A stretch of DNA of 64,000 bases from a virus. Below are positions 50,861-59,831 of this stretch, piece by piece (within the stretch, counting starts at the first letter, position 1; every line of letters starts with the position of its first letter). A model generated the notes under the pieces. The model was not told the origin of the DNA, ran no database searches, and worked only from the letters and a program-made list of their open reading frames with translations. Location: IMG/VR virus record IMGVR_UViG_3300013093_000020. One strand, 5' to 3'. The translations under genes were made by a program, and so were the position numbers.

Positions 50861-51437
50861 ATTTGTTATTCCCGAACAAAAATTTTATGCTCACTATGAT
50901 AAAGTAACTGGGGAGTTGCTGTGTATCGGCAATAGACGATACGATGATTATGAACATGCTATTGAAATATCTTTTAAGGTAGCAGAACCTTTTATTTTAG
51001 GGCATCATAAATTTTTTGATCATATCATAGATTATGTCAAAATTGAAGATGAGCTAGTACCCGCCATAGTGCCAAAAAATGTACAAGGCATGGTGATTAA
51101 TAAAAATCTCTTTGAATATATAGAACCTAATGACAGTGCAGAGTGTTTAGTTTCTTGGATGGCCAAATCACAAGTATGGGAATTCAGTCTGAGTACAAAT
51201 TATAGACAGCGCATGAAAGGGAAATCATTATATAACAAAGTTGTATTTTTTGTAACTCTAGAAACTGATTTTGATTTTTTAATTAGAACAATTGATATTG
51301 ACATGCGAGAATTACTAGGAAGAGATCTAGTTCAAATTCCATTTATAGAGACTATAGAAAATGAAATAGATAAAATATCTATAAGTTCAAAATCAATTTT
51401 TGAATCCTATGGATTAAGGATATTACATGACCAATAA
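50844..51437 (+). CDS. Hypothetical protein
   Basis: 197-aa ORF overlapping both neighbours. Confidence 0.75.
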   Translation: MNEFPKFVIPEQKFYAHYDKVTGELLCIGNRRYDDYEHAIEISFKVAEPFILGHHKFFDHIIDYVKIEDELVPAIVPKNVQGMVINKNLFEYIEPNDSAECLVSWMAKSQVWEFSLSTNYRQRMKGKSLYNKVVFFVTLETDFDFLIRTIDIDMRELLGRDLVQIPFIETIENEIDKISISSKSIFESYGLRILHDQ

Positions 51438-52332
51438 AATAAAAATTATAGACCAGGATATAATTTTCCTAAGTTATGATGAACCAAATGCAGAAAAAAA
51501 TTATGCTGATCTATTAAGCAAGTTGCCTTGGGCTAAAAGAGTACATGGGGTTAAGGGTAGTGATGCTGCACACAAGGCATGTGCTGCAACTAGTGAAACA
51601 GAATACTTTGTTACAGTAGATGCAGATAACATTGTTGATCCAAAATTTTTAGAAGTTGAAATTGATTTAGATGCACTCGGTTTGACAAGTGAAAATGTTT
51701 TTAGTTGGTGCGGTCGTGTGCATGTTAATGGACTTATGTACGGTAATGGCGGTCTTAAACTATGGACTCGTAAGTTTGTTAATGAAATGAAAACACATGA
51801 AAATAGTGATCCCAATGATGTACAGGGCAAAGTAGAATTTTGTTTTGATAATCGTTATATACAGTTTAACGAAAACTATAGTGAGAGCTACACCAATGCC
51901 AGTCCATTCCAGGCATGGAGAGCAGGCTTCCGTGAGGGTGTAAAGATGAGTTTAGACCAAGGTGCCAAGGTCTCAGATTTGCGTAATATTTGGTGGCAAA
52001 ATTATCATAGACTACTTATTTGGTGTAATATAGGTGCCAACGTCGATAACGGCTTATGGTCAATTTACGGAGCCAGAGAAGGAGCTTACTTGACCAATTG
52101 TACAGATTGGGATTATAGTAATGTCAGAGACTTCGATTGGCTCACAACTCAGTGGGAAGAAAAATATAGTCAAGTTACTGATAAAATGTTGCCGTATGAA
52201 ATAAGTGGGCTAGGCGAAACTCTAAAATATGAATGTGGTTTAGAATTATTTGATCCATGTGTTGAATCTAGTAAATTCTTTAAAACTGTGTATACTAATA
52301 CTCCTAGGGTAATAAGACAACGACATGTATGA
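51427..52332 (+). CDS. Glycosyltransferase family 2-like protein
   Basis: IIFLSYDEPNA, AAHKACA, VTVDADN (DxD), YGNGGLK, AWRAGFRE. Confidence 0.7.
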   Translation: MTNKIKIIDQDIIFLSYDEPNAEKNYADLLSKLPWAKRVHGVKGSDAAHKACAATSETEYFVTVDADNIVDPKFLEVEIDLDALGLTSENVFSWCGRVHVNGLMYGNGGLKLWTRKFVNEMKTHENSDPNDVQGKVEFCFDNRYIQFNENYSESYTNASPFQAWRAGFREGVKMSLDQGAKVSDLRNIWWQNYHRLLIWCNIGANVDNGLWSIYGAREGAYLTNCTDWDYSNVRDFDWLTTQWEEKYSQVTDKMLPYEISGLGETLKYECGLELFDPCVESSKFFKTVYTNTPRVIRQRHV

Positions 52333-53671
52333 TATCGTCTTTATCGGCAAACCAAATGATCAATGGGAGAGATTGAAATCTCGTTTCCCTCTGGCTAAAC
52401 AAGCTGATACTTTTGATCGTGCTAAGAAAAAAGTATTCACGAAAATGTTTTGGGCAGTATGGGACGACATCATAGTCGATAAAGATTTTGATTTTTCTTA
52501 TGATGTATCAGAATGGGATGATCAATATGTTCATGTATTTTTAAACAATGAATATTTTGACGGAGTTAGTTTATTTCCAAAAAATACGGAAGTAAGTCAG
52601 CGAGAAGCCGAGTATAGATTTTTTAAAAGTAAAAAAGAAATATCAATCCAGGCTAGTAGCCCTAGACCTTATGATAGATTTTTCGTAGACACATATGAAG
52701 ATTATCAATACGCCCTAGCTAATTCTATTACTGACATGTTTTGGATAATTCCAAAAGAGGTTGAAATATTAGATACATTTAAATTTGACATGTATTTCAG
52801 CCATCATAATGTTTATAATCGCAAACTAAACCATGTATTCTTAAATCAAGATGTTGATGGAGAAAAATATACTGGCGTTATGCTAATGAGTAAACATAAA
52901 CCTGTTAGTAAGCGAGAAATAGATTTTAGATTTTTAGTAGAGAAAAAACAATACAGTGACGTCGCTAGTAAACTCAAACCATACGATATAGTGTTTATCA
53001 GTTATAATGAACCTAATGCAGATGATAATTACGCCAAACTACTACAGCGTTTTCCTAAAGCCAAACGAGTAGATAAAGTTAAGGGTATACATCAAGCACA
53101 TATAGAAGCTGCAAAGTTATCTGAAACTCATATGTTTTGGGTAGTAGACGGTGACGCAGTTATAGTACCAACATTTGATTTTGATTATTTGACTAATCGT
53201 TATGATAGGGAAGTTGTGCATGTTTGGCAAAGCCAAAATCCTGTAAATGGATTAACATATGGTTATGGTGGAGTGAAATTATTACCTCGCCAATTAACAT
53301 TAGATATGGATACTAGTTCGGTTGACATGACAACTAGCATTAGTAAACTGTTTAAATCAATGCCGGAAGTAAGCAATATTACAGCATTTAATACAGATGC
53401 GTTTAGCGCATGGCGTAGTGCTTTTAGAGAATGTTGTAAACTAGCAGTAATTAATAATGAAGAATCATTGGCTAGATTATATTTTTGGTGTAAATTAAAC
53501 ACTGATATTGCCTATGGTGCTCACGCATACATAGGTGCCATTCAAGGTAGACAGTATGGTGAAAAAAATGCCTCTGATCCAGAGGCACTTGCTAAAATAA
53601 ATGATTTTAATTGGCTACAAGATCTTTGGCAAGCGGAAAGATCTCAGCTATTACCTGAGCACATGCAATAG
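52325..53671 (+). CDS. Glycosyltransferase-like protein with degenerate tandem GT repeats
   Basis: Three YD(I/R)(V/F)F...MFW units; last has FISYNEPNA, VVDGDA, YGYGGVK, AWRSAFRE. Confidence 0.7.
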   Translation: MYDIVFIGKPNDQWERLKSRFPLAKQADTFDRAKKKVFTKMFWAVWDDIIVDKDFDFSYDVSEWDDQYVHVFLNNEYFDGVSLFPKNTEVSQREAEYRFFKSKKEISIQASSPRPYDRFFVDTYEDYQYALANSITDMFWIIPKEVEILDTFKFDMYFSHHNVYNRKLNHVFLNQDVDGEKYTGVMLMSKHKPVSKREIDFRFLVEKKQYSDVASKLKPYDIVFISYNEPNADDNYAKLLQRFPKAKRVDKVKGIHQAHIEAAKLSETHMFWVVDGDAVIVPTFDFDYLTNRYDREVVHVWQSQNPVNGLTYGYGGVKLLPRQLTLDMDTSSVDMTTSISKLFKSMPEVSNITAFNTDAFSAWRSAFRECCKLAVINNEESLARLYFWCKLNTDIAYGAHAYIGAIQGRQYGEKNASDPEALAKINDFNWLQDLWQAERSQLLPEHMQ

Positions 53672-54275
53672 CAACTTCCTGGTGTTCTAATTGTGTACCG
53701 TTCGCACTACGGAGTTCAATAAAATGTATCCAGCTTCTTAATGTTCCATTCATATACAAACGGCTTTCTGTAAGACCTTCTGGTAGTACAGCACGAGCTT
53801 GTTCTTTAGCAATGCCTCGTTCTATAGCTTCTTGATAGACTAGGCGACTATGCTCAATGATGAATTTTTGCTTGGCATCCCACCATGCTTGTAATTCTGT
53901 ATCAGAAGTGAAGATGCTATTTTGTCTATTTTTTGTATCTTGGAGTCGCGCTTCTCGCAGTACGAACGACAAGTCTTGAGTAGGATCAGCATATCGCTGA
54001 CTGAACTCTTGAAAGCTAAAACTTCTGTGTCTGAGTATTTGTCTTGCGATATCTCTTGTTGTGGTGATTTCGAGACAGGCTGAGACCATTTCGAGTGGTG
54101 ACCAGTGTTGGTGTTTGATAAGATATCTGATGAGTTTTTCGGATGTTTCTGTATTGAGTTGATTGCTGGGATTGGACACACGGGCGCAATACGCAATGAG
54201 TTCCTGCGCATCCGCGATACCGAGATTTGCAAATTCCTGTGTGGGTTGACTGTGACTAAGTAATCGAACATTCAT
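53607..54275 (-). CDS. thyX: Flavin-dependent thymidylate synthase
   Basis: HWSPLE, RHRSFSFQEFSQRY ThyX motif, EQARAVLP, LRSWIHFIELR. Confidence 0.95.
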   Translation of the reverse strand: MNVRLLSHSQPTQEFANLGIADAQELIAYCARVSNPSNQLNTETSEKLIRYLIKHQHWSPLEMVSACLEITTTRDIARQILRHRSFSFQEFSQRYADPTQDLSFVLREARLQDTKNRQNSIFTSDTELQAWWDAKQKFIIEHSRLVYQEAIERGIAKEQARAVLPEGLTESRLYMNGTLRSWIHFIELRSANGTQLEHQEVAIACAQVIAEIFPLAKDLVAN

Positions 54276-54593
54276 TTATAGTTTCCGTTTCTTTAAAAAT
54301 CTTTTAGTATTATCTTCTATGTGTTTTTTAAGCAATAATGTATCTAATTTAAAATCAACATTATCTATTCTAGCTTCGTAGTTATTACATAATTCACTTA
54401 AAGATTTCTCAAAAGTTTCCCAACCTTCTCTTTTAGTCTTTGCTGTTATTTTTATTTCCCAAGTTTTGCCATCCTTAAAATTGACCAAAACGGAATGCAA
54501 GTACCTGAGAGGCATTACATTAAGTTCAACCTCTCCAAATACTTCTGGCCAATGCGCAATGACTTCTTTGGGAAGAGTTCTTCCCTTGGTCAT
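54276..54593 (-). CDS. Hypothetical protein
   Basis: 105-aa ORF tightly packed in operon. Confidence 0.75.
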   Translation of the reverse strand: MTKGRTLPKEVIAHWPEVFGEVELNVMPLRYLHSVLVNFKDGKTWEIKITAKTKREGWETFEKSLSELCNNYEARIDNVDFKLDTLLLKKHIEDNTKRFLKKRKL

Positions 54594-55258
54594 TATGCTG
54601 GATCTTTAGTTTTCTTTTTAACTGTAGGAACTAATTCTTCAGCCATTCTGCGATATTTTGCAGCTTCTTTGGCTAATTTGTCAGCTTGACTACGATATTG
54701 TTTTGCTTGTTCTTCCGGAGTTCCAGTAACTTCAACGGTTGCCGATGTCTCATCTTGATTAACACTAGCTGATGTTGTACGAGCCGGATCATCTGTTTTC
54801 TTTTCAGGAGCCATGTCTTTAACAGTAGCAACTTCTTTAGCTTCTGCCTGGACTTTCTTTTCCATTTCGGAAGGTCTGATAGATAATTCGTCAACAGCAA
54901 CACCGCGTTGTTCAGCAATGATTTGATTTAACTCGCTGAGTAAAACGATAGTTCCGGGAGTTGGGATCATTTCAACATCACTAGTTCCGATCTTAACTAG
55001 TTTGCCTAGTCGATGGAAAGCATGTAACATATTATAGCCATCTGGGGTTGATACACGATCCATTGCTTCTGCAAATTCATACGCTTCTTGACCAGCATTG
55101 CTTTCTACAGCAGTGATAAGTGCCTCGTGGTAATTATCGGCTAAACCTTCAGTTGGAATTATTAAAGCATTGTGCGCATCGCCAGGTAGTGTTCTATAAG
55201 CAACGACACAGCGTTTGCCTGTAGATTTAATTCTACCTACATGTTTTAAATTGGCCAT
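54593..55258 (-). CDS. Hypothetical protein with C-terminal coiled coil
   Basis: ATG 55258 (MANLKHVGR) after AAGGA SD. Confidence 0.75.
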   Translation of the reverse strand: MANLKHVGRIKSTGKRCVVAYRTLPGDAHNALIIPTEGLADNYHEALITAVESNAGQEAYEFAEAMDRVSTPDGYNMLHAFHRLGKLVKIGTSDVEMIPTPGTIVLLSELNQIIAEQRGVAVDELSIRPSEMEKKVQAEAKEVATVKDMAPEKKTDDPARTTSASVNQDETSATVEVTGTPEEQAKQYRSQADKLAKEAAKYRRMAEELVPTVKKKTKDPA

Positions 55259-55262
55259 GATA

Positions 55263-55529
55263 TTATCCTTGTGCTTTTTGAGCATCAGCTTGTTTAGCTA
55301 CTTGCTCTAAGAAAGCCTCTAATTTAGTATAAGTTTGTCCTACTGCCATCATTTCTTTTGGCTGGAAAGCGCCGCGTGAGCTAGCGATATCGATAATAGT
55401 TTTCATTGCGCTTAGGTCATTGATAGTTAAATCATTGACATTTTGTTGTGGTGCATTAGTAGCATCTGTTGCCGCAGGTGCAGCTGATGCAGTTGCATCT
55501 GTTTGTGGTTGTTGTACTTGGTCAGTCAT
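55263..55529 (-). CDS. Hypothetical protein
   Basis: 88 aa, AAGGAG SD. Confidence 0.75.
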   Translation of the reverse strand: MTDQVQQPQTDATASAAPAATDATNAPQQNVNDLTINDLSAMKTIIDIASSRGAFQPKEMMAVGQTYTKLEAFLEQVAKQADAQKAQG

Positions 55530-55560
55530 TTAGATATCTCCTTTAAAAATACAATAATAG

Positions 55561-55848
55561 TTATCTCTGATTTAAAAGTGGGCATGCAATCGTGAAGAAA
55601 CTGAGTTCTTTTTCACTTTCAAAGCCTATCTTAGTACAATAAATTATGGTATTTTTATTGTCTAACATCAGCGATTGTCCTATATAATACCTGTTATTTA
55701 AATTCTTATTGATCCAGTCCTCTAGAGAACTGAAATATGTAGGATTAAACTTGTCTAGTATTATGTATTTAAAATGAGGGGAGGCAAACCTAACCTTCCT
55801 AAGATCAAAATAATTTAGGGGATTGGGCTTGCCATTCTTAATAGCCAT
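55561..55848 (-). CDS. Hypothetical protein
   Basis: 95-aa ORF adjacent to VWA gene. Confidence 0.7.
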   Translation of the reverse strand: MAIKNGKPNPLNYFDLRKVRFASPHFKYIILDKFNPTYFSSLEDWINKNLNNRYYIGQSLMLDNKNTIIYCTKIGFESEKELSFFTIACPLLNQR

Positions 55849-55849
55849 G

Positions 55850-57037
55850 TTATGCCGCTATTTTAGATTCTTCGTAATAGGCATATTCTCCAAATGGTGG
55901 AACAATACTGTTATTACCGTGGATAATGAATACTGTATCGCAATACAATTCATCACCCCAACTACCCCAAGGGTAACCGTCTGTAAACATGATAAACTTC
56001 TTAGGCTGAATATCATTTTCCTTCATGTATTCCCAGTTAGCATCAAACTCAGTTCCGCCACCACCCATTGGTTCGTAGCTGTCGAACTCATCGATATTAT
56101 AACCGTCATAACTTTGTTCGTTATATACTCGAGTATCAAAGCACCAGAGTTTAATTTTGAAGTCTTGATACTCTTGCATAATACCTTTGATCTCTGCCAA
56201 AAAGTCTTTAGCCTGTGTGTCACTAATTGAACCCGACATGTCAATACTAACACAGATGTCAATAGTTTCCTGAAACTGCTGACCTGGCAGTACAGCACTC
56301 ATATGCCAACCCTTACGGTTAGGACGCATGAACGAATAGTCATTCTTAATAGTACTTTGGATTTGTTGACGCAAAATTTGACGCCAATTCATCTTAGGCT
56401 CTGTCAATTCTTTAATCATGCGTTGTACACTAGCAGGCGTATTTCCAGAACCAGCAGCCTGTGCAGCCTGCATTGTTGCTTCACGAATCTCGTCACGGAT
56501 TTGTTTTAGTTCTTCTTTAGTGTACTTTGGTCGACCATTTCCGTTGCCGTCTTGATCGCCCCAATCGATATGATCGTCAAGTAATTGACCTAAAGCGTTA
56601 AGTTCGTCTTCATCCATTTGGTCAAAAATATCATCATATACTTGTTCAGCACCCCAACCATAATATTTGGAATCATGGAAAATTTTGATATCTGGAGGAA
56701 CCTCACCGATGTGATCTCTACATAATTGACCATTGACACAATAGTCAGCGGCAATGTTAAAAATGCGTGGATCACGCCCTTCACGACGACCCATGTGATC
56801 AAATACATTATGTAGGATTTCGTGTGCAATAACAAATTCAATTTGTTTAACTGTAAGTTTCTCAAAGAAATCACGATTAAAAAAGATCGAGCGTCCGTCA
56901 GTTGCGGCAGTAGTCATCCACTCTGAACCTTCTTGTATTTTTAGGCGTGTAGCCATATTACCAAAGAAAGGATGACGGAGTAGCAACCCTACACGAGCTA
57001 CAATAATTTTATCTATGATTGGATCTTGATGTGACAT
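55850..57037 (-). CDS. Metallopeptidase + VWA domain protein (DUF2201-like)
   Basis: TAATDG, HEILH (HExxH), DMSGS MIDAS, GGGGTEF, FTDG. Confidence 0.9.
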   Translation of the reverse strand: MSHQDPIIDKIIVARVGLLLRHPFFGNMATRLKIQEGSEWMTTAATDGRSIFFNRDFFEKLTVKQIEFVIAHEILHNVFDHMGRREGRDPRIFNIAADYCVNGQLCRDHIGEVPPDIKIFHDSKYYGWGAEQVYDDIFDQMDEDELNALGQLLDDHIDWGDQDGNGNGRPKYTKEELKQIRDEIREATMQAAQAAGSGNTPASVQRMIKELTEPKMNWRQILRQQIQSTIKNDYSFMRPNRKGWHMSAVLPGQQFQETIDICVSIDMSGSISDTQAKDFLAEIKGIMQEYQDFKIKLWCFDTRVYNEQSYDGYNIDEFDSYEPMGGGGTEFDANWEYMKENDIQPKKFIMFTDGYPWGSWGDELYCDTVFIIHGNNSIVPPFGEYAYYEESKIAA

Positions 57038-57068
57038 TTATGCTCCTGAATTGTTTCTCTATGTATAT

Positions 57069-57097
57069 ATTATAACAGGACCCGCGGGTCCTGTCAA
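57069..57097 (-). promoter_or_regulatory. Consensus sigma70 promoter whose spacer is a perfect palindrome (possible terminator/operator)
   Basis: TTGACA 57097-57092, 17 nt, TATAAT 57074-57069; ACAGGACCCGCGGGTCCTGT at 57075-57094. Confidence 0.85.
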
Positions 57098-57113
57098 GTG
57101 GCCTTAAACCAAA

Positions 57114-58202
57114 TTATTTCTCAGTTGCGGCTGCAATATACTTGCCAAATTTAGCATGGAAGTCATCAAAACATTTGATCTCATCTGGATCCAATGGCAA
57201 TTTGTAACTAGACAATGCCAATTTAGTACCCATAATAACCAATTCTGTTTCAAAGTTATTCATCATAAATTCAAAGAAACAGTTGACTTGATCATTCCAG
57301 TTTTTGGCATTCTTTTCGTTAGCATCTTTAAGCTCATAGCACAAAGACACAGTCAAAGAATACATAGCTGAAATCTCTTTTGAGTCCATCTTTTTAACTT
57401 TGCCACTCAAAATATCGCGTGGATCTGGCATCTTGCTAGCAATTTTACGGTGAGCCATAAATTTAACAGCTAGTCCTTCACCGATTGCACCCGATGTAAG
57501 ATCAGTCATTGTTTCAACATCTGTGTCATCGTCGACTAGCAACTCGCTTACAAATGACCAAGAACGAGGAGTTGCAAATGCACGGCTTGAACTTTTTGGA
57601 TCAAAATCGTACAAGTCTTTTTTGCTGAAAGTTAAGAAACCAACAACATCTTTGTGGATCTTATTTTCAGTAGCCCAATCAAACCAGTCATCCCAATCAA
57701 CATTCATCTCTAAGTGGACGAAACGATTGGCCAACGGAGCAGGCATACGATATGTAACACCCTTGTCCGATTCTCGGTTACCAGCTGCAACAATCACCAC
57801 ATTATCGGGCAAAGTGTATGCACCAACACGACGATTCAAAACCAATTGATAAGCGGCAGCCTGTACGCTAGGTGCGGCACTATTCATTTCATCTAAGAAT
57901 AAGACTACTTGTTTATACTGTCCTGCTAGTTCTTTGCTTGGCAATTCACTAGGAGGCGCCCAACGCATTGTACCATCGTTGGAATCAAAATATGGAATAC
58001 CTTTGATATCTGTAGGTTCCCAAAGACTCAAACGCACATCGATAACATGAGCATCTAGCTCAGTACCGAGTTGTTTGATAATATCGGATTTACCGATACC
58101 TGGAGGACCCCAAAGGAAGATTGGACGCTGATTTTTAAATGCTTTACGCAAGCTCTTTTTAGCGCCGGTGGGTCCTACTAGACGACTGTAAACTTCGCTC
58201 AT
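57114..58202 (-). CDS. MoxR-like AAA+ ATPase
   Basis: GPPGIGKS, LFLDE, AAGNR, PLANRF, TPRSW. Confidence 0.9.
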   Translation of the reverse strand: MSEVYSRLVGPTGAKKSLRKAFKNQRPIFLWGPPGIGKSDIIKQLGTELDAHVIDVRLSLWEPTDIKGIPYFDSNDGTMRWAPPSELPSKELAGQYKQVVLFLDEMNSAAPSVQAAAYQLVLNRRVGAYTLPDNVVIVAAGNRESDKGVTYRMPAPLANRFVHLEMNVDWDDWFDWATENKIHKDVVGFLTFSKKDLYDFDPKSSSRAFATPRSWSFVSELLVDDDTDVETMTDLTSGAIGEGLAVKFMAHRKIASKMPDPRDILSGKVKKMDSKEISAMYSLTVSLCYELKDANEKNAKNWNDQVNCFFEFMMNNFETELVIMGTKLALSSYKLPLDPDEIKCFDDFHAKFGKYIAAATEK

Positions 58203-58252
58203 GTTATACCTTTCTGAGATTGTTGTAGAAAATTGTTTACGCTACAAGTGTT

Positions 58253-58281
58253 ATTATACAGAGGAATTTAGTCTTTGTCAA
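58253..58281 (-). promoter_or_regulatory. Consensus sigma70 promoter for the AAA ATPase
   Basis: TTGACA 58281-58276, 17 nt, TATAAT 58258-58253. Confidence 0.85.
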
Positions 58282-58675
58282 TGGAATTCTGTTCTTTTTG
58301 TCGTTCGTTTATGGCTTTTATAAGTCCAAATTTCCTTATATCGTCACTAAACAACATTAGTTCAAAACTTTTGCGTTCTGAAAATACACTTATACTTTGG
58401 TTGGTTAAAAAATATGGACAATCTATATATCTTTCCAAAAAGATAATAGTTTGGGGACTTAAATCTATTGGCTCGGTAAATGGAATTTCATAACAAGTCA
58501 ATTCGAGTTCTGTAGTTAAAAACTCAAAACCTTCTAAACTCAATCTAAAATTTGTTTGTTTATTTGATCGGTTTGATTGCCACCATTTGTGCCCATATAG
58601 TTTCATGTTGGCTTCATCAAAACTTTTGCCCCATTGTTGCAGAAAAATTTTGGTATAAGTGTCTTTTTGTATCAT
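58268..58675 (-). CDS. Hypothetical protein
   Basis: 135 aa, 4-nt overlap with upstream gene. Confidence 0.75.
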   Translation of the reverse strand: MIQKDTYTKIFLQQWGKSFDEANMKLYGHKWWQSNRSNKQTNFRLSLEGFEFLTTELELTCYEIPFTEPIDLSPQTIIFLERYIDCPYFLTNQSISVFSERKSFELMLFSDDIRKFGLIKAINERQKEQNSIDKD

Positions 58676-58956
58676 TTTAGTAGGGCGCCGGAGGTCAGCA
58701 CCACTACTTGAAAATCTTCACAGCCAAATGTCAAATTTAACTTTTTAGCTAGATTTATGGCATGACCTGGATTTGAAAAACTAACTTTTTTGTATTTAGG
58801 GCCAGGGTAGCTGGTGAGACTATTAAATGATTTTAGATTGAATGGCTGTCCTTTATAAAAAACAGCCCAAATGGCTTCGGCTTCTAAAACTTGCTCAGCT
58901 TTATAATTCTTTTTATTAATATTCTCTAGTAGTACTTTTGGCTTTGGTCTTGACAT
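58672..58956 (-). CDS. Hypothetical basic protein
   Basis: Likely start ATG 58956 (MSRPKPKVLL); GATAAATA late motif at 58982-58989. Confidence 0.7.
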   Translation of the reverse strand: MSRPKPKVLLENINKKNYKAEQVLEAEAIWAVFYKGQPFNLKSFNSLTSYPGPKYKKVSFSNPGHAINLAKKLNLTFGCEDFQVVVLTSGALLK

Positions 58957-58990
58957 AATGCGTACCTGATATATACGCATATATTTATCA

Positions 58991-59239
58991 TCATTCGCTT
59001 GTACCAAAGCCTCCGCCATCCATGCTTACACTAACAGTTCCGGATTCTGTAGAGTTTTTAAGTGCATGATATAACCCCTCATAATCTTGATTTACCTTAT
59101 CTAATAGCTCAGTAAGTGCTAAAACTAACAATCTAGCTTTGGCAATATCCATACTGATAGTTTTAGTTCCACTTAGTTCTGCTGATCGAACTTGCTGTGT
59201 GAACAAGGTTATAGGAGTTGTATTAATCTGATTTTGCAT
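58991..59239 (-). CDS. Hypothetical protein
   Basis: 82 aa ending SMDGGGF. Confidence 0.7.
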   Translation of the reverse strand: MQNQINTTPITLFTQQVRSAELSGTKTISMDIAKARLLVLALTELLDKVNQDYEGLYHALKNSTESGTVSVSMDGGGFGTSE

Positions 59240-59702
59240 CTTGCATCAACGCCTTCATTTCTAATTTACTTTTAAACGGCCCTTGATAGGGGTTTCTTTC
59301 AATAGTTATTAACTTAGGACAAAAACCTTTGACCCAACCTTTGTTAAACTTTACTGCATAATATCCTGCACAATATAGACTTTTACTTTGGGCACTTTTT
59401 GTAAACAAAGGTAATTTTCGTCTAACATCATACATAGCATTATATGGATGGCAACTAGTTGGATAACCGTGACATTCATGCTCTTCAACAGGAGTAACCT
59501 TAACTTTGGTACCTGACAAAAAGAATCCAGCACCAAAATGTTTAGTTAGTTCATCTTTACGATTGAACATGACTTCACCGTTTTTACCACTTAGTAAAAA
59601 TTTATTGTTTTCTTTTTTATGTAGGGTAGCAACTTTTTCACCGTCTTGTTCGACAATCCAAAATTTACCATCTACGATTGGTTTTGCGTGTATCTCTGTC
59701 AT
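59223..59702 (-). CDS. Hypothetical protein
   Basis: 159-aa ORF in operon. Confidence 0.75.
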   Translation of the reverse strand: MTEIHAKPIVDGKFWIVEQDGEKVATLHKKENNKFLLSGKNGEVMFNRKDELTKHFGAGFFLSGTKVKVTPVEEHECHGYPTSCHPYNAMYDVRRKLPLFTKSAQSKSLYCAGYYAVKFNKGWVKGFCPKLITIERNPYQGPFKSKLEMKALMQDAKSD

Positions 59703-59830
59703 TTAATTTTTTCCTTGCAGTTACAGGGTAATCTGCCTTGTTTACAGTTGCCCGAACAACCGCCTTTTGAATATTTGTTTACAATATAAAAGGCGGCTAT
59801 AATTACAACAAATATTGTAATAAAATCCAT
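59699..59830 (-). CDS. Small Cys-rich membrane peptide (43 aa)
   Basis: Manual translation MDFITIFVVIIAAFYIVNKYSKGGCSGNCKQGRLPCNCKEKIK; starts 1 nt after upstream stop and ends in ATGA overlap. Confidence 0.75.
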   Translation of the reverse strand: MDFITIFVVIIAAFYIVNKYSKGGCSGNCKQGRLPCNCKEKIK

Positions 59831-59831
59831 A

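Noticed and set aside
56023-56874. Two ~90-aa +1-frame ORFs in the VWA gene
   Set aside because: No SD or distinctive codon shift; treated as background level for alternative-frame ORFs
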